Source: Octopus bimaculoides
Lineage: Eukaryota
DNA length: 64,000 bases
Assembly: GCF_001194135.2 (NCBI RefSeq)
Contig: NC_068985.1
Coordinates: 123,380,878-123,444,877 of the forward strand
Reading direction: 5' to 3'
Shown here piece after piece: positions 13,334-26,799 of the stretch. Numbering within the stretch: position 1 is the first letter of the stretch; each line of letters begins with the position of its first letter. A program made the translations under genes and the position numbers. The notes beneath the pieces are model-generated. The model did not search any database. It had not been told where the DNA came from and saw only the letters and a list, made by a program, of their open reading frames with translations.

Positions 13334-14742
13334 CTCACAAACACACACATACACATAGCAAAAATAGTAAATGGATGTTCCGTCGGTTTTGATGATTATC
13401 ATTTCGGTTGTTAGATCAACTGAACGACCTATCCTTGTAATACTCAAGTATATAATCAGTGAAACACTGACTCTTTCATTATATGTACAGTCCATCCGAC
13501 GGACCTGCAAATAATTTCCTTGGGTTCAACTTTAGGAATAAAATTTGGATCGACCTCTAAGGTTAAGGCTGTGCTAATAAAGCAAGATAAAAAGAAAATG
13601 TTGTCATAACACCAGATATCATACAGTGGGATCGGACAGGGGCTTCATGAGTGCAGACCAAATTACTTCACTTCTCGATCATATCACCTCCCCTCAACAA
13701 ACATACACAACGCATCATATACCACAACACACATTCATTTTTTTCTCGTTCTTTCGCTTTACTCCCCCTTTAGGGTATGCTCGTTCCACTTATTTAAGGA
13801 GTAAATCTGGTTGTAGATGCAGATATTCTAATGTATATCAGCATCCACCCTCTCTGTTAAACTTCTGTAAACACTGATGTAACCCACAAATGAGCCATAA
13901 AATACACTTGACTTCATCTGGAGAGATGAAGTAAAATATATTTTGGCATCGTAGTTATCACACTAGTTTCTATATTATTTTGAGATTCGAACTTCTGACC
14001 CTGATATCTATTATTATTCTGGAGTCGATATAATTGATTATTATCCTTTGCCTAATTCCCTTATCGTGTGCCAATGCTAAAAAAACATCATAGCTGTAAT
14101 TAATAAAGAGTGGATTGGCAGAATCGTTAGCAACGTCGGACAAACTAATCGTGGTATTTGTTCCGGCAGTTTAGGTTCTGCATTCGTATCCCACTGAAGT
14201 TAATACTGTTTGTCATTCCTCTTAGGTTGGTAGGAAGCCTGCCAGTTAACTACACGAGACCCATTTAAACAACTAACGCCCGGCCCAAATTACTGACCTT
14301 ATACCTAAGTTAGAAATTAACATAGAGCGATGAAGAGGCAAAATAGTAAAGGGATTGGATAAAAATGACTAGCGGTATTTCTTTCTACACTTTTCTTTCT
14401 GAGTTCAAATTCCAGAAATCAACTTTGCCTTCCATTCTTTCAGGTTTGATAATTTAATGCACAAGTTGGTATATATCTTTTGCCGATGCATATCGGCGAA
14501 GGATATGAAGAAATCGAAAAAATGGTGCTTTACGAGTAAAGCTATGTGCTCTGCATCGAGTTACACACACTCCCTTGTCTAAGCTTGCGGTTGATAGTGG
14601 ACACTTGCTATTGATGACCTGCAAAGACCCATAAATCTAGATTTTCCAATTTCATCGCTGCTACTGGACACTTTTCGTCTGCTACTAATATTTTTCTTTG
14701 CTATTTAGCATTATACGTCTATACGAGAAACTCTCTCTAGAG

Positions 14743-15504
<762 letters not shown>

Positions 15505-15610
15505 CTCTAGACGAATAGTGCAGTATTTTGGCTTTCGACAGAATATGCTTGTTAAATAAGATTTTCAAAATGATATTCTGAACCACTTCTGCTTCCATCA
15601 CTCGTAATGA

Positions 15611-15647
<37 letters not shown>

Positions 15648-15677
15648 TATATATACATATATATATACACACGCACG

Positions 15678-15766
<89 letters not shown>

Positions 15767-16556
15767 AACTGTTTGTAGACGTGATGATAAATAAATATAG
15801 GAACGAAACTAAATAATGCTAAGGCGTAAATTCAACACCGTTACATTTCTTCTGAGAATTCCACACTATCACCACCATCGTCGTGTTTATGGCTATAAGA
15901 TAAATGATTATACACAGACACATTTGATGCATTTGCACATACATACGTTTATGCACACGTTACTGTCCAGTTCAGCTTCGTAGAAACCTTTAAAATACAA
16001 TTCAAGAAAAACATTGTTTGTTTCTCAAAATTACTAATGCTTGAAAAGACATTGATAAAAGATCGCAAGAAACCTGCAGCGCAGCGCTGATGGTAAATGA
16101 CGTTATAAGGAGAAAATAACTGCGACCTAGTGAAGCAATAAACACTACGAACAGCTCAACACCTGTTCGTATTCCACAACTGTTATTTCCAAGTAGTAAC
16201 TTGGACGTAAAAGTAAAGGGAAATAAGTATTTGTAATACACCGTATTTCAAAATACCAAAACGTCTGGAGCTTCTACTTGGTCATATGGTCTGCAAAAAT
16301 AGTAGCCAAGCCTCCCTTTAAAATCTGCCTGTTCTATGCATCATATATGATAGATATTCCCCTTTTTTTTTTATCTAGCAGAGTAACTTGGTACTTATGA
16401 AAAGAAAGGTTTTTATCTCTCAGAATATTTAAAACAAGGGCTAATTAAAAGTTTGAAAATGTTTTGGACAGGCAAAGCAATAAGAGGTGAGAAAACGTAA
16501 GATAATATAGTCATAATCATAAGTAGGAATAGTCACGTCTAGAATGTCTCCGATTA

Positions 16557-17064
16557 CACTGTGCAACAATTTTTTAATTTTTAATTTTATTTCATTTATT
16601 TATTTTTGTTTTTGGTTAGTAAATGTTATTTCCTGCTTGCTTCTATCTAGAAATCAAAGGAAATGACTATTATTCCCTTCAAACTTTGCTTTCGTAACCT
16701 GGACATCAATGTTTTCAAACTGACCTATTTTCCATTACATTTCAGACAGATTCAGCACTGAGTTGCTGAAGCAGGAATATCGTTATAGCAAATATTCTGC
16801 TCAATACCACAGATTTACTTGTCAGTTGCTGGACCTTAACCACTTGAGCATATCGCTTAGTGGCTGACAATATGTGCACCTCTGATTATGAGCAGGAGTA
16901 GTGGGGGTACATCATATCCATGTATTGATAGGGATTCTTCGGGGTTTGTATAAATGTAACAAAAGTAAAGTTTGAAGAAAATATTAGCCATTTTTCACAC
17001 TTTCTAGGTGTAAGCAAATAGGAAATAACAGTTGCTACCCAAGGACAAAAATCGTGAGACAGCG
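16557..17064. mobile_element. Tc1/mariner-type MITE with long imperfect TIRs
   Basis: 16557-16698 is an imperfect inverted repeat of ~16957-17064; left end TA|CACTGTG. Confidence 0.6.
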
Positions 17065-17129
17065 TTATATGTCAGCTCAGTCGGAGCTGATCAGAGTTTG
17101 AACAACAACCAGGATGTTTGATGCGCCTA

Positions 17130-17300
17130 AAATCTTAGTGAAGATTATCACCTGTTCTACTCACCTGTAATGAGTACTAACCAGATGTTGTTGCGGCATT
17201 ATCTCCCCCACACCTGTCAGACCATAAATGTTCTATTACGTCAAGATTAGGAGGGCCGATAGAATGTCCATGTCTGCTCGCAACTACATGGACACCTAAT
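17130..17300 (-). mobile_element. Possible Tc1 transposase remnant
   Basis: PPNLDVIEHLWS resembles SPDLNPIEHLW. Confidence 0.4.
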
Positions 17301-17484
17301 AAAATTAATGAATGTATTGTACACACTACAAAACTACCACTCGTTCGAAGTTTTGTCAGTGAACAAGTCGCGGTTTCAAAGCGACGAAAATATTTTGACA
17401 CAAATTAAATTTAAATGTTGAAGTGAATCTAATGGTTTTTTTGTGTGTTATTAAATGGCTTATAACCAACTGTCACGCTGCAAA

Positions 17485-17522
<38 letters not shown>

Positions 17523-17659
17523 AAATACAAAATGGGACAAGAACGCAAAACATCCGGACAGTTAGGCGATACAAAAATCGGACAGCAAAACATCCAGTTA
17601 GACGATACAAATAAAACAAGGACGGGTCATTCGAAGTTTTCTTTCTTCAGTCGAGTATC

Positions 17660-17706
<47 letters not shown>

Positions 17707-19009
17707 AATGTAACACAGGATCGAATCCAGGACCACGTAGTGACGAAGCGAACTGCTTAACTTTTTGAGTTCGCCTGCATAAATATAGGTGATTATTGAA
17801 GTGTATTGTTTGTGTCCGATCAAAATCGTTGGATATGCTTTTTACCTTTTTATATATGCATACGTATACGCACGCACGTGTGTGAGTGCGAGTGTGTATA
17901 CAGGTATATGCGCATGAACGTGCTTATATAAAATGCTCTAAGTGTGAGTGTGAATGTGTATCTGTATGTCTTTGTGTGTATGATTGCGTACTATGTTTCT
18001 TTGTTGCGTGTGTGAGACAATATCCATTTGCCCCGTGTTCATCTTTCAGTCATGTAATATCTATAAAATGTGTGCATGCGAGGATGTCAATAAGTGTACG
18101 TGTGCGCGTGTGCATGAGTGCATGCGTGTGTGCGTATGTGCGTGTGTGTCAGTGTGCGTGTGTGTGTCGGTGCGTGCGTGGGTGTATGTGTGTATGCGCG
18201 CGCGTGCACACGCATGTGCATGGAGTATCTCTGCGTGTATGACTATGTGATTCTGCGCGTTTATTTTGCTACTGGTGATTTAAGTTGAAAATATCACGTC
18301 TTTGCCATTCTGTCTTTTAATCATTCCAAATGCCAACTACCTTCTGGGACAGACACCAGTTTCTCCACTCGTTTTTTTTTTTTCCATCTCAAAATGTTCA
18401 TTTTTATATTATATATTATTTTCATATATTAATTATATTTTCTTAATGCTTTCGATTCACACTGCATTAGAGCTCTTAGTAAACTATTACAATATTCGTT
18501 ATAGTATCTTTGGGGACAGGACAATGCGTACACATGCAAACTCATATACATATATTCATGTGTGTGCGTGTGCGTGTGTGTGCGTGTGCGTGTGTGTGTG
18601 TATGTGTATGTGCGTGTGTGTATCACCATATGTATGCAGCTATTTGTGTATGTGTGCGTTCGTGCGCGCGTGTATGTGTGTGTATCACTATATGTATGCA
18701 GCTATTTGTGTGTGCATCATGTGTGGGGTTGTGTGTGTGTATGTGTGTGTGTGCATGTTTGGGGTTGTGTGCGCGCGCGCGTCTGCTGTGTGCACGTGCG
18801 CGCATCATCACTCTTAGTGCTACTGATAACATATAACCCAGTACAAACTGTTGCTTCGTCGGGCCATTGGTAACTTGAACCGGCAACCCGACCAAACCTG
18901 CTTGGTAAGGAGGATGGTTTTCGTTGGACAGCCTGCAAAACGAAACGCAAGTTGAAGTTGAAGAGAGAAATGAGAAGCAATAGGAGTAGAAGAGCTAAGA
19001 TGTATTCTT

Positions 19010-19347
19010 AGAAAGTCTCACAAACGGAAAACCCTAGGACTCAACCGGATCCCTAACTTCTAACTGAATTGCTTGACAGAAGTACACCAAAGTTTTGCCA
19101 CATCTGTCATCTCGAACCCAGAGCAAATACCTGCCTGGCTAGCCGACTGAACAACATGCCTTCTACCAAAATATGAAGACATGAAAAATCCAAAGAACTA
19201 CCGACCAATTACATGTCTCAACGCCATCTACAAGATCCTCACATCGATACTAACTGAAAGAATATACACTTTCCTAGAACAGAACTCTATCCTTCCACAA
19301 ACTCAAAAAGGTTGTGAAAGGAATTCTTATGGATTCAAAACACAATT

Positions 19348-19352
<5 letters not shown>
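19010..19352 (+). mobile_element. R4/Dong-like RT fragment
   Basis: LLPKYEDMKNPKNYRPITCLNAIYKILTSILTERIYTFLEQNSILPQTQKGC. Confidence 0.85.
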
Positions 19353-19405
<53 letters not shown>

Positions 19406-20395
19406 CAAACTATTATTACTCCTGCACCAGCATTGTTCCTGGTAGCCTTTTTCTTTTCACAGGCAACGCTTTTCACAGCCAAAACACAACAGTTATTGAA
19501 ACAAAGTTCAAAACGTCTTAAAGATTTTTTTCTCAAAAGTAGAAAAGAAAGTTTTATGAATTGATAGAAAGTAAAGTATATAAAATGCCAATAAGGGATC
19601 TACAAACGAAGAAGAAATTCCCAGCATAGCAGTAGTTAATGAATTAAATGACGACAGTCTGAAAGCGACACACCAAATATCAATCGAACAGCTTGAGGCA
19701 AAAAGGGTCTTGGTCAGGTTCACAATCTCGAGAAATATCTTGAGCACACTGTAAGTTTCCTCGTTGCCTTGATGTTGGAGAAACAAGTTTTAAATGCCCC
19801 CAAATGACGATTTGTCCACTCCCTGTTCATTCTAAACAACACGCAGGAGCACATTTTCCCCTCTGTGTAGATCACTGCTATAATGTACACTGGATGTGAA
19901 TGTAATTGTAATTGAAGACTAGGAAACTAGCCAAATTGTATGGAGCAAGTCTACAAGAATTTTTAAAGTATCATTTATTGAAAGAAATAATGAAATACGG
20001 TACACATTAAATTACTGAAGGCTATACATTAAATATATTGAATTACTGACGGCTTAAACAGTGTTTTTGGTGATTGCTTTTAGAGACAATTTGAAACATT
20101 TAAAACTTGTGCAATACTATGATGAAGAAAGCAGAATTATTTGATACGAAATATATTTCGTCTTCTCATTGATAAATAGGGAAAGAAAATTCTTATATTT
20201 CAGTATAAGTTGGTTGGGGAGAGAGAGCTTGACAACTTTGTTGGCACATTCCTTATCGCAGTTAGGAGAATGACCATATTTAGAAAATCGGCGAGGAAGG
20301 GGAGATTTAAAAAAGTGGAATTTCGCATAGATAATTTTTCAGAGTTTTAATTATTATCTATAGCATGTCGTCTTTTAAAATAACAGAGATATGAT

Positions 20396-20472
20396 GTTAT
20401 AAAACATTATAACATCATACGTTATAAAACATTATAACATATAAAACATTATAAGACGTTATAAAACATTAT
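20396..20472 (+). repeat. Short minisatellite (tataaaacattataac units)
   Basis: Four near-identical ataaaacattat units in tandem. Confidence 0.8.
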
Positions 20473-20959
20473 TCTCTTCGCAGTTTGACCATTTGGTCTG
20501 TGAAGTGACGTTGTTCAGGCAGTAATAGCTAGTTTTGAAATTGTTGCTATTGAATACTGTGTGAAATTTGTGTGTGGCTGCGAAGTATTTATCTAATAAC
20601 GACAGGAATGTTTTAGTTAGGTTATTTTAATGCTATTTATTTGGAATGAACCAAATTATATTCCTTTTCTGTTTTTTGAATGAGCACTCCTGGTAAACTA
20701 TTTTCCTATTAAAGCTGCTTTCAGATGCAGCAGAATTGTTGTCCGTAAGCAAGCAAGATTATTTCCTTATCCCTAGAGGTTTCGTATAATAGAGTCTTAC
20801 TGCCAACCTCGCTGTGTGTGTGGGGGGGGGGCAGATTTCAAGTGTGAGGTACTCTTTTTGTAAACATAAAATTTAACCCTTTAAAATTTAACATATATAC
20901 ATCTTAGCCACTGTGATACCATGATTTGGTGTCCACAGCAACACATTACTCACAAGTTC

Positions 20960-21690
20960 TTTTTTTATTTTAAAGAACTACTCTAAAGAACTGTCTCTTC
21001 AGTTTATCTGGTAGGGTTGACTTCCATATTGTTCTAAGACCGTCTATAGCTGCCCAAGCCTTAGCAACGCGAGATTTAATATCATTTTCAGTGGACACGA
21101 TATTGATGCCTAGGTAAGTAAATTCGTTGACATTTTTCAAGGACTTCTGTTTGAATGTCCTGATTTCACCTGTTGTGTTCAGGATGATAAGCTCTGTCTT
21201 TTTTTCATTCACATACAGTCTTATGTTAGTAGCAGCATTTTCCAGGCGATGGAGTAAACGTTCAGCATCTTTCGTGTTGTCTGCGAAGAGTGCTATGTCA
21301 TCAGCATAATCGGCGTCAGTCAAGTAGGTGGCCAGATATCTTCTGCTTCTAGACTTCTGTAAAGTGAAACCCAGATCATTTTGTTGATCTACTGAGGTAC
21401 GCAATACATAATCGAGATACAGGATGAACATGTAAAGAGCTAATGTGTCACACTGCAGTACTCCGACACATACATCGAAGAAGTGAGTATCTCCATCTGG
21501 TGGCAGCACTATCGCTCGGGTGTTTTCTACAGCATCATTACTGCCTTTATTGTTTCATCGGGGATTCCATGTGCTTAAAGGATTTCTGCCATCTTATCTG
21601 TGTACAGAGTCAAAAGGCCTTGGAGAAATCAACAAAGAGAAGAACTGATTATTACATCAAGTTACTTTCTGAAAGCCAACCAATAATCCT
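20960..21690 (-). mobile_element. RTE-clade LINE RT fragment
   Basis: FVDFSKAFDSVHR, GVLQCDTLALYMF, DYADDIAL, FTYLG motifs. Confidence 0.9.
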
Positions 21691-22754
21691 TTCTACTACA
21701 GGCACACAGACTGAAAATTTGATAGGAGCGGGGCTAGTCAATTGCATCGACTCCAGTGGTCACCTGGAAGAAAGGAAAAGTCGGCCTCGAAAGAATTTGA
21801 ACTCAAAACGCAAAGAAGGACAAAAGTATTTTGTTCGGCGTTTTAACGATTCTGACAGCTCGTGGCCTTCATCAGAACAATAACTGTTGTTGTTGTTGTT
21901 GTTTAGCCCATCTCAGCACTCGTTGAGAAGAACTACGAACAAAGATATTACGTTTTATTCTCGTTGTCATCACAATATAATTCAATAATGGTGTAAAGCA
22001 ATGACATCATAAGCCATGTACACACTGGGTAATTACTAGGTGGTGGTTGGTGTGGCGGAGTGGGGGCACAGATCAGGGAATCCAAAGCTAATCTATCAAT
22101 GCTTTGGTTGTGTATGTAGGGACAACATTGCTTTGTTCGAGATGTTACGACGGCTTCGGATGTAAACCCTTGACAGTCAGAGACTAGAATAAGAAGAGAC
22201 CACCCCGTATATATTAGCGTATATTTTAGAGTTGTTTTCTAACCGAAACATCTCAATGGAAATAGAGCTAATTATTAAATGACTGTGATAACGTGTGGCT
22301 ATTATGATAAATGTGATTGGGGAATTAAGTGACAGACAAACAATTTGGTTGATTAGCAACGAAGCCATGATAAAGATGACGTGAACATTATCATATATAT
22401 AAGTACATGCCTTCCTTTCACTAGCTATGACACGTGGTTTACATACACACACACATACATATACACGTACAACAATACACATACGCAAACATACACATAC
22501 ACACACAAGAAATATGTGTACGTGTTTGTATGTCTGTGTGAGTTTGCAAGGTTGAATATTTAATAGCATAAGTCCGTGTGAGCGTTTGTGTGTGCGTGTA
22601 TGTGTGTGTAATATGTATGTGTATGTATGTGTGTATGTGTACGTATATATATTTGCATGCAAATGTATGTGTATATATATATACTATGTTAACAGTATTT
22701 ATACATATATGCATACATATGTGTGTACTATATATATATATAGTTGAAATTTAT

Positions 22755-22910
22755 AGAAAAACAAAAGACGAAAACAGGTGTATGAACAACAAGCAAGTGT
22801 ATTAGTTTGACGCTCGGGAAAAATGAAAAAGCCTTTACGTTTCGAGCCTACGCTCTTGAACAGAAAGGAATAAGAGAAGGTAAACAGAGAGAATGAAAAG
22901 CACTTCTAGA
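22755..22910 (-). repeat. Dispersed repeat carrying a degenerate minimal hammerhead (probable Penelope pLTR piece)
   Basis: Related to 36520-36597; hammerhead-like motif at 22832-22868. Confidence 0.55.
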
Positions 22911-22924
22911 TTTCAGCAGTTCAG

Positions 22925-23020
<96 letters not shown>

Positions 23021-23030
23021 ATGTATGTAT

Positions 23031-23363
23031 GTTGCTGAGATCCCCCTTCGGTCATGACTGACCATAGGATTGCACCTACAAAGGCACAAGTCCGGGCAAG
23101 GTTGTTTCTATGGAAGACCAGCAGTCGCCCATGCATACCAGCCTCCCTTCTCCACGTTACTGATGTTATCCAAGGGAAAGGTAAAGGCTGATACAGTTTG
23201 GCACCAGTGACGTCGCAACTCATTTCTACAGCTGAGTGAACTGGAGCAATGTGAAATAAAGTGTCTTGCTCAAGAAAACAACACGCAGCCCGGTCCGGGA
23301 TTCGAACTCACAACCTCACGATCGTAAGCTCGACGCTCTAACCACTGAGCCATGCGCCTTCAC
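23031..23363 (-). mobile_element. SINE family C, young tRNA-derived copy
   Basis: Intact A box TGGCTCAGTGG and B box GTTCGAATCC followed by ~250 bp of non-tRNA body. Confidence 0.85.
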
Positions 23364-23777
23364 GTATGTATAATAGGCAAGTGTCTTCTACTATTCTACT
23401 ACAGTCTCGGGCCGACCAAGGCCTTGTGATTGGATTTGGTACGCGGAAACTGAAAGAAGCCCGTCGTATATATATCTGTGTGTGTATGTGTGTGTGTATG
23501 TGCATGTGTTTGTTTATTTGTTTGTGTTTGTCCTCCCACCATCACTTGACAACCGATGCTAGTGTGCTTACTTCCCCGTTATATAGCGGTTCGGCAAAAG
23601 CGACCGATAGTATAAGTACTAGGCTTACAAAGAATAAATCTTGGGGTCGATTTGTTCGACTAAATGCGATGCTCCAGCATGGACGCAGTCAGATAACTGA
23701 AACAAGTAATAGAATAAGAAGAAAAACAATATATATACATATATATATATGTAATATAATATGTGACAATTATTCAG

Positions 23778-23850
23778 TTGCCATAATAAAACTTGAGTTT
23801 CGGGTGTCGGGGCGAAACCTGCACCGGCATCTCTTCAGTTATCGAGGCAA
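23778..23850 (-). ncRNA. Candidate type I hammerhead ribozyme
   Basis: Minus strand: UUGCC-UCG-AUAA CUGAAGA [helix II, partly mismatched] GAAAC UCAA GUU / UUAU-UAU-GGCAA. All core nucleotides present; helix I pairs. Confidence 0.65.
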
Positions 23851-23989
23851 TTAAAATATGCTATGAAAATGACCATTAAACAAAGGGAAATTATTATGAA
23901 ATTGACCATAATTAAGACAAAAGAGCTATTAGAATGACCGTTAAATAAGGGGAAAAATTGAAGGCGAGGAAGTAAACAGTAAAAGGAGT

Positions 23990-24128
23990 AAAAATGTACA
24001 TACATATAGATGCGCGCATGCACGCACACCCACGTACATGTGCCTATATGCATATGTTCACTCAGACTCGCATGAAACAGATATATACGCACCAACCAGG
24101 TATGCACACGTATACAAATCCACGCACA

Positions 24129-24161
<33 letters not shown>

Positions 24162-24610
24162 ATACGTGCACATACCCATGTGCGCACAGTTATATTCACA
24201 AATACACGTCTAAAAATACGCACGTGCTATATGCTCGTTCACACTCGCGTGGAACACATGCTTGTACACCCACACATACATGCAACCATACGCATGTACA
24301 TATACACTACATATATACACACACGCACACACAGACGCACGATGCACACATGTATATCCAGACACACGCGCGTACACACACACACATACACACACGTGCA
24401 CGTACCCATACGCGCACAGTTATATTCAAATGCACGTCTAAAATACATACATGCTATATATGCACATGCTCACTTATACTCGCGTAGTACACTCGCATGT
24501 ACACCCACGTATATTAGTAACCATACACACGTACATATATACATACCCGCACACACGCACACACACACACACACACACACGCACAAAAAATTCATATACA
24601 CGTCTATATA
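23990..24610. repeat. Long degenerate (CA/TA/CG)n tract
   Basis: Direct reading; similar tracts at 10730-11030, 13260-13350, 15055-15215, 15612-15765, 17860-18250, 18530-18790, 22430-22745, 22925-23030, 30940-31080, 31445-31540. Confidence 0.9.
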
Positions 24611-26549
24611 CGCACATATACAAGAAAAATGCAGGGTGGAAGGTAAAATACAGGAAAAATGTGTAAAAATATATAAAGTAATAAAAATATAAAATATATC
24701 TCTATAAATATGTAAAAAAAAATATGTAAGAAATATATAAGAAATATATATAAAAGATATAGAAAGATAAAAAGCTTGTGCGTGGACAATATAAAAAGGA
24801 AGTTCTATCTGTGATCTTGGGGGACCAAAAACATAACAAATATTTAGCTAAATGTGGACATGACCCAAAAAGTTTAGTTCTTAAATTTAGACATGTAGCG
24901 GGTCTAAGTTACTTTTCCAAATGAGCCATCTTTCCATATCACAAAGACCGCACTTTCCACTGCCGTTGGTGTAAGGCTTACACTTGGCTTAGATCTTCCA
25001 ATGGATATTGTAACTGACACCTCTTTCTTTTAAGGAGCATATGTGACTGGATAATTTGGTCGTTTACCTTTTATCCCTGAAGCTCAAGGTGTGATTGTTG
25101 AACCTGGTCTTGAAATGCCCCTCTGTAAGGCCCACATATTTCTTTGTCAAAACTGTGCCCTTAGTAGTCTCGGACATGCAAGCTCCATTTAGAGGGCACA
25201 AATTTTTATCCCTGCATGAACAGCTGGTTTCATTTTGTGGTTTTTGTGTGTTGTGTGCGATTATGGTTTTAAAATTAGTAGTTGAGATGAAACTGATTTT
25301 TAAGTTATGTCTATTGAAGAGTTTTCTGTAACTATGGTTGACTGGAAAATGTCTATCTATCAGTGCTAAGAAACATTTGCCTATATTAAAGGTCACTTCG
25401 GGGGAGTAGGGGTGTGTGAACCAGACGGTTTTCCTATTCCTATGCTTCCTTTTCTTCATTATTGGACTGGTGACAGGTGTATAGGTTATTTCTTCGCTAA
25501 AACCACTATCTTTTAGAGCCTTATTATTTACTGGGGTAACGCTATTAAAAATGTCCATATCGGAGGAGAGTCTAGAAATTATTTTGCTAATGTTTCTAAC
25601 TAAATTTTTAAACACAAGGGGTAGGGGCATGGCAGGAACTCACATTAATATAACTAAGTCTATCGTTGGGCTTCCTGTAAGGTTTATAAATATTCTTATT
25701 TAGATCTAAGGATACACCTAGGAAATTGACAACCGTCAGGTTGGTGTCTGTAGTTATACTAAGACCGAAAGTTTTCATCAGTTGGATAATTTCCTTCCTA
25801 AACCGATCTTGTGCTAGTCCATTGGTATTTGCGGTTAAAACTAGGAATTTTATTATGGCAACCGAATAATTGTCACATTATATTACAAATAAATTCCTCT
25901 ATTTACATAATATCGAGGTCCCTTTCATTCTTTTGTTGTCTTACCATTACTATTAATATATATATATATATATATATANNNNNNNNNNNNNNNNNNNNNN
26001 NNNNNNNNNNNNNNNNNNNNNNNNNNNNNNNNNNNNNNNNNNNNNNNNNNNNNNNNNNNNNNNNNNNNNNNNNNNNNNNNNNNNNNNNNNNNNNNNNNNN
26101 NNNNNNNNNNNNNNNNNNNNNNNNNNNNNNNNNNNNNNNNNNNNNNNNNNNNNNNNNNNNNNNNNNNNNNNNNNNNNNNNNNNNNNNNNNNNNNNNNNNN
26201 NNNNNNNNNNNNNNNNNNNNNNNNNNNNNNNNNNNNNNNNNNNNNNNNNNNNNNNNNNNNNNNNNNNNNNNNNNNNNNNNNNNNNAGGAAAAAAACTTAG
26301 TTTACGATCTATATATGTGATATGTATGTTTTCCCCTTAGTCAGCATATGGGCGCGCCCACGCCTATAATGGCCGGCTCAAGTATGCAATGGTTTCATTT
26401 GATCTTTTTTTTTTCTTAAACAATGCAATTTCCTATTTTTTATGAGAAGAGTTTGGTAGGTTCTTGCTTAATCTGTCTATTTCACCCGGCTTTGGAAACG
26501 GGTGACATAATAATTTGGATTACAATAACAAGGCAGAGAAAGAAGGGGA

Positions 26550-26585
<36 letters not shown>

Positions 26586-26799
26586 AAATCATGGTCCCTT
26601 GCACTTGAGTTGTACTTTATTTTATCGACCACGGAAAAATGAAAGGCAAAGTTGACTTCGGCAGGATTCGAATTCAAAGTAAACTCTTTACTCACAGATA
26701 CATTATCCAATGTATCTTATTTCTTTTCTCTTTGGTGACGGTAGTATGAAATTTGGCAAGGATTTTGGTAGGGAACAACCTGATCCTTCACACTTACGG

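Larger units (their letters stand above)
23750..25960 (-). mobile_element. Penelope-like element, 5'-truncated, with long 3' region, hammerhead candidate and inverted 5' segment
   Basis: RT thumb plus GIY-YIG at ~25847-24830 (VVNFLGVSL, SCH, WFTHPY, CSCRDKNLCPL, KYVGLTEGHFKTRFNNH, CGLC, CPH). 25848-25895 (+) matches the sequence just 3' of the hammerhead at 23790-23750 (-). Confidence 0.8.

Noticed and set aside
17615-17655. CTGAAGA...CGAAT...GTC hammerhead-like motif (minus)
   Set aside because: Helices I and III do not pair convincingly.
19580-19756. Possible plus-strand exon ending at gtaagt
   Set aside because: No recognisable homology, acceptor or partner exons.
23290-23363. tRNA gene
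   Set aside because: A and B boxes are present, but the sequence continues into a SINE body without a proper acceptor stem or terminator; it is a SINE head.
25775-25781. CTGATGA as a hammerhead core
   Set aside because: It lies in PLE RT coding sequence (QLMK) and has no downstream GAAAC.
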